A stretch of DNA of 47,980 bases. Origin: an uncultured Nitrososphaerales archaeon (GTDB taxonomy: Archaea > Thermoproteota > Nitrososphaeria > Conexivisphaerales > DTJL01). A program made the position numbers and the translations under genes. The stretch covers positions 1 to 47,980 of the forward strand of contig CAYYVT010000171.1 of the NCBI GenBank assembly GCA_964475215.1. The letters are read 5' to 3'. Numbering within the stretch: position 1 is the stretch's first letter; the number at the start of each line of letters is the position of its first letter. Of the stretch, positions 15,830 through 24,349 are shown one piece after another. Below the pieces are notes generated by a model. The model searched no databases. It was not told where the DNA came from and saw only the letters and a program-made list of their open reading frames with translations.

Positions 15830-16450
15830 TCAGAAGAGGAAGGGGATGAGACGCTTGGTGCGTTCCATGTACTCCTTGTATTGCAAGCCGAAGCTCTCCT
15901 TGAGGGCCCCCTCTTCCACCCTGATCCTGTAGGCTAGGACGGGCAGGAAGACGGCCCCGCTGACGACGATGACCGCCAGCGAGCCCAGGGCCAGGCCGAA
16001 GCCCACCAAGGTCACGGCGATCCCCGTATACGAAGGATGACGCACCCTACTGTAGGGGCCTCGATCCACCAGCTTCTGGCCATCCCGAACGACAACTGAA
16101 AGGGAGAAGGAGCCGCTGAGGGTGGCGATCGCCCACTGACGCAGGACTATTCCTGCGAACATGAGGGCAATTCCTACATAGAAGACGTAGGATGGAAACG
16201 CCCCGAAGAAGCTGTCAGGTAGGGCGACTACGGCGCCCAGAAACACGGCTATGCCGATGTAGTATGCCAGGAGCGAACCCTTGTCGCCCTTCACCTTTGC
16301 CTTGATCTTCCTGTGCCTCAGATGGGTCATGGCGCCGTAGTATTCGCTGACGGTCCATGCAATGACAGCCGCGAATAACAGGGAATCGCTAGGGACTACG
16401 ACGTTCAAATGGCCCTGCGCCATTTCCAAGTTGGGTTGCCTATTATGCAT
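15830..16450 (-). CDS. Isoprenylcysteine carboxyl methyltransferase (ICMT/PEMT) family membrane protein
   Basis: LVDRGPYSRVRHPSYTG, RIRVEEGAL, YKEYMERTKRLIPF. Confidence 0.9.
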   Translation of the reverse strand: MHNRQPNLEMAQGHLNVVVPSDSLLFAAVIAWTVSEYYGAMTHLRHRKIKAKVKGDKGSLLAYYIGIAVFLGAVVALPDSFFGAFPSYVFYVGIALMFAGIVLRQWAIATLSGSFSLSVVVRDGQKLVDRGPYSRVRHPSYTGIAVTLVGFGLALGSLAVIVVSGAVFLPVLAYRIRVEEGALKESFGLQYKEYMERTKRLIPFLF

Positions 16451-16570
16451 ATCCTATGATTTGGCAGGCTTGTCCAGCAACTAGAATGGGCATAACCGGC
16501 CTTGTTGGCGGCGCCCTTCCAGCCCCGTGGACAGCCGTGCGGGCCAACTCTCGGGGGCAATCTTCAGGCT

Positions 16571-17341
16571 CTAGTCCCAGCCTACGTTGACCCAACCTTC
16601 AATCGCATCAGGTGGTTTCTCGCCCTTCCCGAAGACCTCAGTCGCGTGCCTCCAAAGAGTGGTCTCTTTCCTGTTGAACCTGTCACCGATCCAGGACTGA
16701 AGCCTTGCGAAGGAGCCGTAGTCTAGGCCCTTGATTAGGTCAGGGGGAAAGGGCTGAGACGCCCTGCGCAGTCCGCTCGTCGCCTGTTCCACCACCCAAT
16801 CGCATCTTTGGTCCAGCGAGGCCATCTTCGACCCGTTGGTCTGCCATGTGTAGATGGCATGGACGGGGTAGGCCCTGCATGGAAGCGGTCTATCTTCGTA
16901 GATCAGGCATTTCAAGGTACCATCCTCGGTCCTGATGTTCTCAGCCGAGGTGCTCAGAAACGGGCACATGGTGCCGTCCTCCTTTCTGCCCATGAGCCAA
17001 TATGAAATCACGACTTCCGGGCCCTTCGCTCCCTTCGGACTCACACCCTTTGCCGGCAGGAATTTGTATTCAATGGGCTTCCCATTCTCGTCGATCCTCC
17101 TACCTAGCTTCTTACCAAGCTTGATCATCCTTGGGAGCTTCCAGGCTTCGATCTCCACTATTCCATCCTTGCCCAGCGCCCTGGGGCTGACCGAGATGCG
17201 CCTCCCGGTCACGGGGTCATACACAAAGGAGATCTGAGGATAGTCCCGAACCACACAACATGTATTGCACCTGCTTATGCAGTGGAATCGTATGCTGAGA
17301 CTAGCCTCGGCCAACGACGTGCACGAGACGCTCGGCGCCAC
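16571..17341 (-). CDS. YkgJ-family cysteine-cluster (Fe-S/Zn-binding) protein
   Basis: FHCISRCNTCC, CPFL, CLIYEDRPLPCRAYP. Confidence 0.85.
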   Translation of the reverse strand: MAPSVSCTSLAEASLSIRFHCISRCNTCCVVRDYPQISFVYDPVTGRRISVSPRALGKDGIVEIEAWKLPRMIKLGKKLGRRIDENGKPIEYKFLPAKGVSPKGAKGPEVVISYWLMGRKEDGTMCPFLSTSAENIRTEDGTLKCLIYEDRPLPCRAYPVHAIYTWQTNGSKMASLDQRCDWVVEQATSGLRRASQPFPPDLIKGLDYGSFARLQSWIGDRFNRKETTLWRHATEVFGKGEKPPDAIEGWVNVGWD

Positions 17342-17566
17342 ATAACTGTTTCTGCCGTGACATTCCGGCGTAAACCCTTCAACCGGGAAATTGGGTTGGA
17401 AGCCCTGATTGCACCGGAGATGAAACCGAAGCCACCTTCAGGCACGGCGCGGCATGCGGGCTCATAATTCCCGATTGAGTTTCAGCGTGACCGGCGCAAG
17501 ATCAGCGGACAACGCGTCATGCGTCGTTCCACTGGCGGATACGCCAGGGTTAGCGCCCAGAACAGT

Positions 17567-18046
17567 TCAGTGTTGGACCTGATGTGAGCTCGGCAGAGCT
17601 TGCGATTGCGCTTCAGATTCCATTATGCGCTTCACGTTACCGATTTCTTCGCTGACCTCTCTCTTCGCCCGTCCGGATGCGAACGGTCCAATCAACTTGA
17701 GGAAGCCGCTGAGCCTTGCGTCGGTAGCGAGAGTCAATCTGGTCTTCCCGTCGATGGGCTCCACGCTAAAGGTGGTCTTTGTTCCTTTCAGCGTCCCTGT
17801 GGTGTGCTCGAGAGCGAACCATCGCTTGGGTTCGTATTCGATAACCCGAATGTTCGCATCTCTCTGTAATATGTTTGGGCTTCGGAGTTTCGCCTCGATC
17901 GTCGTGCCTATCCCCATTGGTCCTATGGATGTCTGCCTAGCCTCCAGAATGACTGGGTTCATCTTCGCGAAGTTCGACCAATCTGTCATGAAGTTCCAGA
18001 CATCCTCAACTGGGCGGCCAATCACCACGCTCATTTCAATCTTCAC
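17567..18046 (-). CDS. SRPBCC / polyketide cyclase-dehydrase family protein
   Basis: VIGRPVEDVWNFMTDWSN, GIGT, VIEYEP, NVKRIME. Confidence 0.85.
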   Translation of the reverse strand: MKIEMSVVIGRPVEDVWNFMTDWSNFAKMNPVILEARQTSIGPMGIGTTIEAKLRSPNILQRDANIRVIEYEPKRWFALEHTTGTLKGTKTTFSVEPIDGKTRLTLATDARLSGFLKLIGPFASGRAKREVSEEIGNVKRIMESEAQSQALPSSHQVQH

Positions 18047-18266
18047 ATCTCCTCACCCATCATCCGTTCGCACCCAAGACACGGCTCGGTATGTTAAGTT
18101 TGTTATAGACTAGGATTGAACGGGTGGGTGGGATTAAGGCCGAGATAGGTGCGATCGGGTGGGCCTGATGAAATTCACGCCAGTGTAGGGCCTAGCGCAG
18201 CCATGCCTCACGAAAATCTCCGATTGCAGCCTTGCGTAGGTCAGTGAGCAGGCTTATGACTGGTTC

Positions 18267-19301
18267 CTAGCCCGCCGTAATCCGCGTCTCCGTCGGCACC
18301 CCGGTCTTGGCTCCGTTGAGCCCCTCGCCGGTCATCGTGTCCATCGTGGAATAGGGGATTGGGGCCGCCTCATTCCTAGACGGGTTCGCCTCAGCCGCGA
18401 CTACGGGATGGCTGAAGGCAAGAGAGGACGCGACATCGACCTTGCGTGAGGAAAGGCGCCTATAGAGCCTATCCACAACGAAGCATGCGGTGAGACAGTA
18501 GGCCGCTCCCCCAATCAGGTCGATCAGGTAGTGCTGTCCGAGATATATGGTCGAGAGCAGTATCCCCGCAGTAATAGGGAGTGCAACAAGGCCGTACCTC
18601 CTCCCCCGGCTCACCATATAGTAAAGGAAGACGATTGCGTAGGCCGCGTGCAAGCTGGGGAAGGCTGCGAACGTGTTCACCTGAACGAGGTTGGTCAGAT
18701 TCGCATACACCTTCGCCAGCGTACTAGTGCCCTGAAGGAGGTTGTGCGCCACACCCTCGTACCAGGGAGGTGCAGTGGGGAAGAACAGGAAGGTGATCAG
18801 AGCGCAATACGAAGTGATGGCTATGGCGTATACATACCTCTTGTAGATGCCCCTATCCTCGCGCCAGAAGTAGATGGAGGCCAGGATCACCAGGACCGGA
18901 TCCAGAGAATAGAAGAAGATCATCGCCGACGTCATCGCAGGGGAAAGGAGCGCTTTCTGGACGTACCCGGTGAGGTTGAACCCCCAGATCAGGGAGTCCA
19001 ACGGGTAGAGGGATATCACGCCGCTCTTCGCCACGGAGACGCTGATGACCCCCTGAAGGGCTTCGTAGAGCAATATCACTACGATGAACGGGGTCCAGCT
19101 CTTGATGAAGGCAAGGCGCTGCCTGCTCGCCAGCAGTACGAGCGGCAGGGCCAGCACTGCGTACAAACCTAGGGCGAATTGAAAGAGGACGCCGAACCTG
19201 AAGTACGCGAATAGAAGCACCAAGAGGTAGGCGGCGATCATTGCGAGGTAGGAGTTTTCACGTAGCCTCGCGAATGCCCCTTGCATCCGTGGCAGGGTCA
19301 C
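18267..19301 (-). CDS. PAP2-superfamily membrane protein, inositolphosphorylceramide synthase (AUR1)-like
   Basis: FPTAPPWY, AAFPSLHAA, STIYLGQHYLIDLIGG. Confidence 0.85.
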   Translation of the reverse strand: MTLPRMQGAFARLRENSYLAMIAAYLLVLLFAYFRFGVLFQFALGLYAVLALPLVLLASRQRLAFIKSWTPFIVVILLYEALQGVISVSVAKSGVISLYPLDSLIWGFNLTGYVQKALLSPAMTSAMIFFYSLDPVLVILASIYFWREDRGIYKRYVYAIAITSYCALITFLFFPTAPPWYEGVAHNLLQGTSTLAKVYANLTNLVQVNTFAAFPSLHAAYAIVFLYYMVSRGRRYGLVALPITAGILLSTIYLGQHYLIDLIGGAAYCLTACFVVDRLYRRLSSRKVDVASSLAFSHPVVAAEANPSRNEAAPIPYSTMDTMTGEGLNGAKTGVPTETRITAG

Positions 19302-19781
19302 CTCTGCAGCCCCCTATATTGTTCCATCAAGCACGGAAGCGGCAAAGGCAATGAGCGGAAATACGGGATTCCCTAGGCTAAAACTGTATTGCCCCAAGTC
19401 GTCGCAAAGAGGCGCCTGATGGCGTCGTGAAATTCCCTCAGGGGACCCCTCCGTAGAAGTTACATCCGTTTCATGCAAAGGACGAATCCTAAATGACAAA
19501 TCAGGTATTGGCAGGCCGCCGCGGCAAAATCTATACTTGAGAAGGTCAGATTCTCTAGCAGAGTTTAGCAGCGTCCATAAAATGGCAAAGCGGCGTAATG
19601 CTTCCCTTCGTGAAGACTCCATCCCGCGAAGCTTCCCGGACTCTCTCAGTTACCGGACCAGCTCTCCATCTATCCCGTGCTGAAGCAGTTGCTCGGGAGG
19701 GAGGCGAACGATTCCGGGGCGCAGTCCTCAAAGAGGACGATAACCAGGACGATGTGAGCCCGGAATCTAACGGAGGAAAGT

Positions 19782-19860
19782 TGGCGGGCCCGGTGGGATT
19801 CGAACCCACGACATCCGCCTTAGAGGGGCGGCGCTCTAATCCAAGCTGAGCCACGGGTCC
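19782..19860 (-). tRNA. tRNA-Arg(UCU), CCA encoded; non-canonical C33 and A3:C70 mismatch
   Basis: GGACCCG-TG-GCTC-AGCTTGGATTA-GAGC-G-CCGCC-CCTCTAA-GGCGG-ATGTC-GTGGG-TTCGAAT-CCCAC-CGGGCCC-G-CCA; TATA-like CTTAATTA about 30 nt upstream. Confidence 0.92.
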
Positions 19861-19967
19861 CCTGAAGGAGGGGAGCTTCTTCAGACGTAATTAAGCCTTC
19901 CAAGGTTCGCGTGGCGGAAGGGGTCGCATGCTACGTTTATGAATGGACGAGGCGTAGCAAAGCCGTA

Positions 19968-21326
19968 ATGGCGAAGCTCTTCGGAACGAACGGAATCAGG
20001 GGAGTGCCCGGCAAGGACTTGACGGACGACATCGTAACGAAGGTGGGAAGGGCCGTCGGCACGAGGCTGGGAAGCGAAATCGTGGTCGGATGCGACGGCC
20101 GCGTCAGCAGTCCCCGCCTTTCGAAGCTCATCTCCGCCGCCATCAATTCGGCGGGCTCCAACGTTCATTTCGTGGGCTTGGCGCCGACACCCGCTATCCA
20201 GCTTTACACCGGTAGCGGGAAGTTCACTGGCGGGGTCGTTATCACTGCTTCGCACAACCCGCCGGAGTTCAATGGGATCAAGGTCATGGGGCCAAATGGG
20301 GTCGAGATCCCCCGAGGGATGGAGGCCGAAATCGAAGCCCTCGTCGACTCGCCGCCTCCTTCCGCAGGAAGCTCGCTAGGGAGAACGTATGAAGAAGGAG
20401 GGGTCGTGGACCTGTACGTACGCCGCGTCATGGAGAAGGTGGACTCCGAAGCCATCAGGAAGAGGGCCTTCAAGATCGTCGTCGACGCCGGGAATGGGGC
20501 GCAGTGCGTGTCGGCCCCACGCCTCTACGAGGCCCTTGGGTGCGATGTGGTCCCGCTCTTCTGCGAGGTGGACGGGAACTTCCCGGGAAGGGGATCGGAG
20601 CCCGTGGCTGAGAAGTTGACAGCCCTAGTGGATACCGTAAGGAAGTCGAAGGCAGACCTCGGTGTCGCCTTCGATGGGGATGGCGACAGGGTTGTCTTCT
20701 GCGACGAGAATGGGAAGCTATATACGGGGGACAGGTCGGGGGCCCTCCTCCTAGAATACATCCTCGAAAGGAGGAAGGCGCAGAAGGTCGTTACGACGGT
20801 GGCCACGTCCAACATAATCGAGCACGTGGTCGTCAAACACGGTTCGAAGCTGATCAAGATACGTGTCGGCAGTGTGGATGTGACAGAGAGGATGTTAGGG
20901 GAGGGTGCGGTGGCTGGCCTCGAGGAAAACGGCGGCTTCTTCTACCTCCCACACCAGCCCGTGAGAGACGGCGGGATGACGTCCTCATTGATGCTCGACG
21001 CCCTGGCGCACTGGGGAGTTTCAATGTCGGCGGCCATGGGACGGCTCCCAATCTACTATCAGAGGAAGGGAAAGCTCGCCTGCCCGAACCCGCTGAAGGC
21101 CACCGTGCTGGAGGAAGTCAAGAAGCAGGCGGACGGGAGGCTGGACCTCACCGATGGCGTCAGGATCGATTTCGACGACAAGTCTTGGGTCATTGTGAGG
21201 CCCAGCGGGACGGAGCCGCTGATACGGGTCTTCTCCGAGTCGACCGACGAAGGCAGGGCGGAGCAGCTTTTCAGGAGATACTTTGCGTTGGCCGATGAGA
21301 ACACAAAAAAATTGCAAAAAGCGTGA
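19968..21326 (+). CDS. glmM: Phosphoglucosamine mutase / phosphomannomutase (alpha-D-phosphohexomutase)
   Basis: MAKLFGTNGIRG, ITASHNP, FDGDGDR, GLEENGG, RPSGTEP; start placed at ATG 19968. Confidence 0.85.
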   Translation: MAKLFGTNGIRGVPGKDLTDDIVTKVGRAVGTRLGSEIVVGCDGRVSSPRLSKLISAAINSAGSNVHFVGLAPTPAIQLYTGSGKFTGGVVITASHNPPEFNGIKVMGPNGVEIPRGMEAEIEALVDSPPPSAGSSLGRTYEEGGVVDLYVRRVMEKVDSEAIRKRAFKIVVDAGNGAQCVSAPRLYEALGCDVVPLFCEVDGNFPGRGSEPVAEKLTALVDTVRKSKADLGVAFDGDGDRVVFCDENGKLYTGDRSGALLLEYILERRKAQKVVTTVATSNIIEHVVVKHGSKLIKIRVGSVDVTERMLGEGAVAGLEENGGFFYLPHQPVRDGGMTSSLMLDALAHWGVSMSAAMGRLPIYYQRKGKLACPNPLKATVLEEVKKQADGRLDLTDGVRIDFDDKSWVIVRPSGTEPLIRVFSESTDEGRAEQLFRRYFALADENTKKLQKA

Positions 21327-21331
21327 TTTGT

Positions 21332-21508
21332 CTAACTTAGCCCCAGTTCGGGGAACTTGGCCTGAGGAACGCCTAGCTCGCTCTGCAGGGTCCTTATGCG
21401 TCCCGCGTACTCCTTCATCTTGACCTTGTCGTTCTGGACCTTAGCGATCTTGTAGGCCTTCCAAGCCTTCTTGAGAGCTCCCCAAGTTTGTCCTTTCGTG
21501 TACGGCAT
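21332..21508 (-). CDS. Small conserved basic hypothetical protein (58 aa)
   Basis: MPYTKGQTWGALKKAWKAYKIAKVQND...LQSELG; resembles, from recall only, a small protein conserved in Nitrososphaerota; AT-rich box upstream. Confidence 0.75.
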   Translation of the reverse strand: MPYTKGQTWGALKKAWKAYKIAKVQNDKVKMKEYAGRIRTLQSELGVPQAKFPELGLS

Positions 21509-21551
21509 GTGAGATTCCTCGGGACTACCTTCTCTCATGTCTCAAATAAAA

Positions 21552-21588
21552 GCGTTTCGTGTCTCACAGGCCCTGAGACACGAGACGC
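21552..21588 (-). terminator. 15-bp imperfect inverted repeat (terminator-like hairpin or operator)
   Basis: GCGTTTCGTGTCTCA-N7-TGAGACACGAGACGC (14/15), followed on - strand by TTTTATTT, about 70 nt past the thiL stop. Confidence 0.5.
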
Positions 21589-21655
21589 GGAAGTTCCAAC
21601 GACTAAGTGTGTAGATTTCGCGTTCCGGTGCCCTCGGACGGACCCGCTGGGACCC

Positions 21656-22618
21656 CTACCGAAGGTGGACCCACCCTACTCCCGCCACGGTGACGGGGCG
21701 GGCGCAGCCCCTTGGAGCGTAAATCACTTGGGGGTCGCCATCCTGGACGCGGCCGAAGGGGTAAAGCTTCCTGCCTAACGTTCGCGCCAGGGCGATCGCT
21801 GCGCGAACCTTGCCCCCGGGTACCGAGAGCACGGCTTCGTATTCTTCCCCTCCGTGGAGGACGAGGTCCAGCGGATCTAACCCGGCGGCTCTGCAGGCAT
21901 CGACAAAGGGCCTATCCGCAGGGAGCCTGGAGATGACGAACTCCTTCCGGCTCTGGTGGGCCATTTCGTTCAAAGTGATGGCGAGCCCGTCGCTTGAATC
22001 CATGGAGGCGTTCACCAGGCCTTCTTCTATTAGCCTCTTGCAGAGGCCTCCCTTCGGGGCAGGTCGGTAGACGCTGGAGAGGGCTGCCGTTGCCAACGAT
22101 CGTGGAAGAGGCCGTCCCTTCAGGAGATGACCCAACCCCAGCGCAGTTAGCCCGAAGGGCCCCGTAGCCAGGAGCGCGTCTCCGGCAAGGGCGCCGCTGC
22201 GCCGGACCATTCGCTTCGTAGATCCTGCCATGGCAACGTCAATCACGAGGTCATCGGCTTCGTTGACGTCTCCTCCCAGGATGGGGACCCCATACTCGAC
22301 GCTTGCGTCCCTGAGGCCTAAGGTGACGAGCCGCATGCTCTTCGGAGCGGCAAGGCGTTTGGGGATGCCCATCGAAACCATGAACCCCCATGGGTCTGCG
22401 CCCTTGCATAGAAGGTCGGAAAGGCAAGCCACCACAGCCTTCCTCGAGGCCTGCCGGAGGGTCATCCCCGAAGGAAGGTCGGTTCTGGCGACGAACATGT
22501 CCGTCTTGAAGACGATGTACTCCCTCCCCCTTCTCTCAAAGGAAACGTCGTCCAGGAGGTCCGGATGCTGCGAGCCAAAGGTCTCCCGGATCAGGTCGAT
22601 TATCTCCAGCTCGTTCAA
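21656..22618 (-). CDS. thiL: Thiamine-monophosphate kinase
   Basis: NELEII, KTDMF, LSDLLCKGA, ILGGD, ASMDSSDGL, GGEEYE, GW-H C-terminus. Confidence 0.92.
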   Translation of the reverse strand: MNELEIIDLIRETFGSQHPDLLDDVSFERRGREYIVFKTDMFVARTDLPSGMTLRQASRKAVVACLSDLLCKGADPWGFMVSMGIPKRLAAPKSMRLVTLGLRDASVEYGVPILGGDVNEADDLVIDVAMAGSTKRMVRRSGALAGDALLATGPFGLTALGLGHLLKGRPLPRSLATAALSSVYRPAPKGGLCKRLIEEGLVNASMDSSDGLAITLNEMAHQSRKEFVISRLPADRPFVDACRAAGLDPLDLVLHGGEEYEAVLSVPGGKVRAAIALARTLGRKLYPFGRVQDGDPQVIYAPRGCARPVTVAGVGWVHLR

Positions 22619-23922
22619 GCAACGCCGGCCCCCGGTCGTTCAGCCCTGGAGAGCATGGCCTTCGCTTCGTCCACCGCGCCCTGGAGGTCGCCGGGATCCT
22701 GCACCTCCACAGAAATCCTGACCACGTCTTCGGTACGAGAAGGCCTGAAGAGTATCCAACCGTGTTTCCCCTCGATCCTGACGCCGTCTAAGGTGATCGA
22801 GTCGGGATGTTCCGACCTGATCTCGTCGAGCGCCCTGGCGAAGGTGGTCCTCTCTGCCTCGAACTTGATCCTGGCTACGTAATACTGAGGGATGTCCTTA
22901 AGCGCATCTTGTAAGGACCTATGACGAAGCATCTTGACCACGAGGCAGGCCGCCAGGAGACCATCCCGACAGTAGCTGAAGTCCGGGAAGATGACACCTC
23001 CGCTGCTCCCCTCTCCGCCCAGGGATGACTTCGAATCGAGCATGGATCTGACGACGTTGGCTTCGCCAACGGGGGCCATCTGCACCCTGCCGCCCTTGCT
23101 GCGGACTATGTCGGCTACCGCCGACGAAGTGTCCACGCTCACCGTTACGGCGTCCCCTTTCTTCACGGTTTCGAGCGCCATCAGGGCGAAGATGACGTCG
23201 GCTGGGAGCTTCTGGCCATCGGCGCCCATGACGACCAGCCTGTCGCCATCCCCGTCGAAGGCAAATCCAACGTCGCACCCTCGGTCGACGACGACCTTTG
23301 AGAGCTCAGAAAGGGGATCCTCGGTCGGGTCGACCTGTCGGTTAAAGGCTCCTGCGCGCATGTTGATGGCATGCACTTCGGCCCCCATTAGCTCGAACAG
23401 CTGGGCGGCTGATTTGGTGGCGCTGCCTCCACCGAGGTCCAAGCCGACCCTGACCCCTGTCCCCGAGTCGGGAGCCACCCTTCTGAGGATGTCGTCATAG
23501 TACGGCGAAGACGCCGGCCGCACCTTCCCGCTCGAGGGCGACGGCCGGGCATTCCTGATCGCCGTCAGTTCGTCCTCCCCAATCCCGGTCCCGTCCCTCA
23601 GAATGAACTTGAGGCCGTTCCATCCGGGGGGATTGTGAGAGGCCGTCACCATGATTGCGCCGTCGACGCCGGACACGCGGGCGTACCGGAATATCTCCGG
23701 CGTCGTCACCAGGCCGAGCCTGTGCACGATGCAGCCGGTTCCAGCAAGGGAGTCCACTACGGCCTTCAAGAGGGCTTCGGAGGAGGGCCTAGTGTCGCAG
23801 CCCGCCGCCACGTCACCCCCGCCGACGAAAGCGGCGAACCTGGAGGCCCAGCTCTTCGCGTAAGCGACGGTAAGGTCCTTGCCATAAAGGCCGCGAAGGC
23901 CAGAGATCGATTCGATGACCAT
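22615..23922 (-). CDS. Phosphomannomutase/phosphoglucomutase-family phosphohexomutase
   Basis: SISGLRG, VTASHNP, FDGDGDR, GGEGSSGG, RPSRTE. Confidence 0.9.
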   Translation of the reverse strand: MVIESISGLRGLYGKDLTVAYAKSWASRFAAFVGGGDVAAGCDTRPSSEALLKAVVDSLAGTGCIVHRLGLVTTPEIFRYARVSGVDGAIMVTASHNPPGWNGLKFILRDGTGIGEDELTAIRNARPSPSSGKVRPASSPYYDDILRRVAPDSGTGVRVGLDLGGGSATKSAAQLFELMGAEVHAINMRAGAFNRQVDPTEDPLSELSKVVVDRGCDVGFAFDGDGDRLVVMGADGQKLPADVIFALMALETVKKGDAVTVSVDTSSAVADIVRSKGGRVQMAPVGEANVVRSMLDSKSSLGGEGSSGGVIFPDFSYCRDGLLAACLVVKMLRHRSLQDALKDIPQYYVARIKFEAERTTFARALDEIRSEHPDSITLDGVRIEGKHGWILFRPSRTEDVVRISVEVQDPGDLQGAVDEAKAMLSRAERPGAGVA

Positions 23923-24029
23923 GGAGGTCTCCTTATCCCAGCTACGGCCTGACTCCTTTTAAGAATAGGGTTGAACGCCGTGGCCTACCCCCGCAGCCCT
24001 TCTTCGAAACGCGCTTCACAGAGCTTCGC

Positions 24030-24046
24030 ATAATAACAGTTATTAT
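24030..24046. promoter_or_regulatory. Perfect 8-1-8 palindrome over the tRNA-Thr TATA region
   Basis: ATAATAAC-A-GTTATTAT, 25-41 nt upstream of tRNA position 1. Confidence 0.5.
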
Positions 24047-24070
24047 CCAGACTTTGAGATGCTCAAACGA

Positions 24071-24213
24071 GCCCCAGTAGCTCAGCGGTGGAGCAAGCCA
24101 TGTGGTGGAGCTCAGTCGCCTCGTAACCCAGTCGTTCCTCCCCGAGGAACCGACGGGAGAGCGATAGGTCGGGGGTCCAAAAGAGGATGCGTCTGGAATT
24201 CCCCCCTGGGGCT
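24071..24213 (+). tRNA. tRNA-Thr(CGU) with three BHB introns: 27/28 (24097-24115), 37/38 (24126-24159), 59/60 (24182-24199)
   Basis: Spliced product GCCCCAG-TA-GCTC-AGCGGTG-GAGC-A-ATCGC-CTCGTAA-GCGAT-AGGTC-GGGGG-TCCAAAT-CCCCC-CTGGGGC-T; all four stems pair; each intron has a 4-bp central helix with 3-nt bulges; U73 discriminator as in archaeal tRNA-Thr. Confidence 0.88.
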
Positions 24214-24349
24214 CGTTGCAATCCCTAGAGGTCTTCCTCGGTCATGGCGCTCTTGGCGCCTAACGCTGCCTGCAGTCCTCGACGAGAGAGAGGGCCTTGG
24301 AGCCGACGGCCACAAAGCTTTAAAGTTGAATGATTGGGTTTTCGGCTGG

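Noticed and set aside
18120-18135. GGTGGGATT as a possible att copy of the tRNA-Arg 3' end
   Set aside because: Match is only about 9 nt, expected by chance
19314-19854. Short ORFs 19314-19622, 19555-19854 and 19598-19849
   Set aside because: No recognisable motifs; two overlap tRNA-Arg; no integrase residues seen
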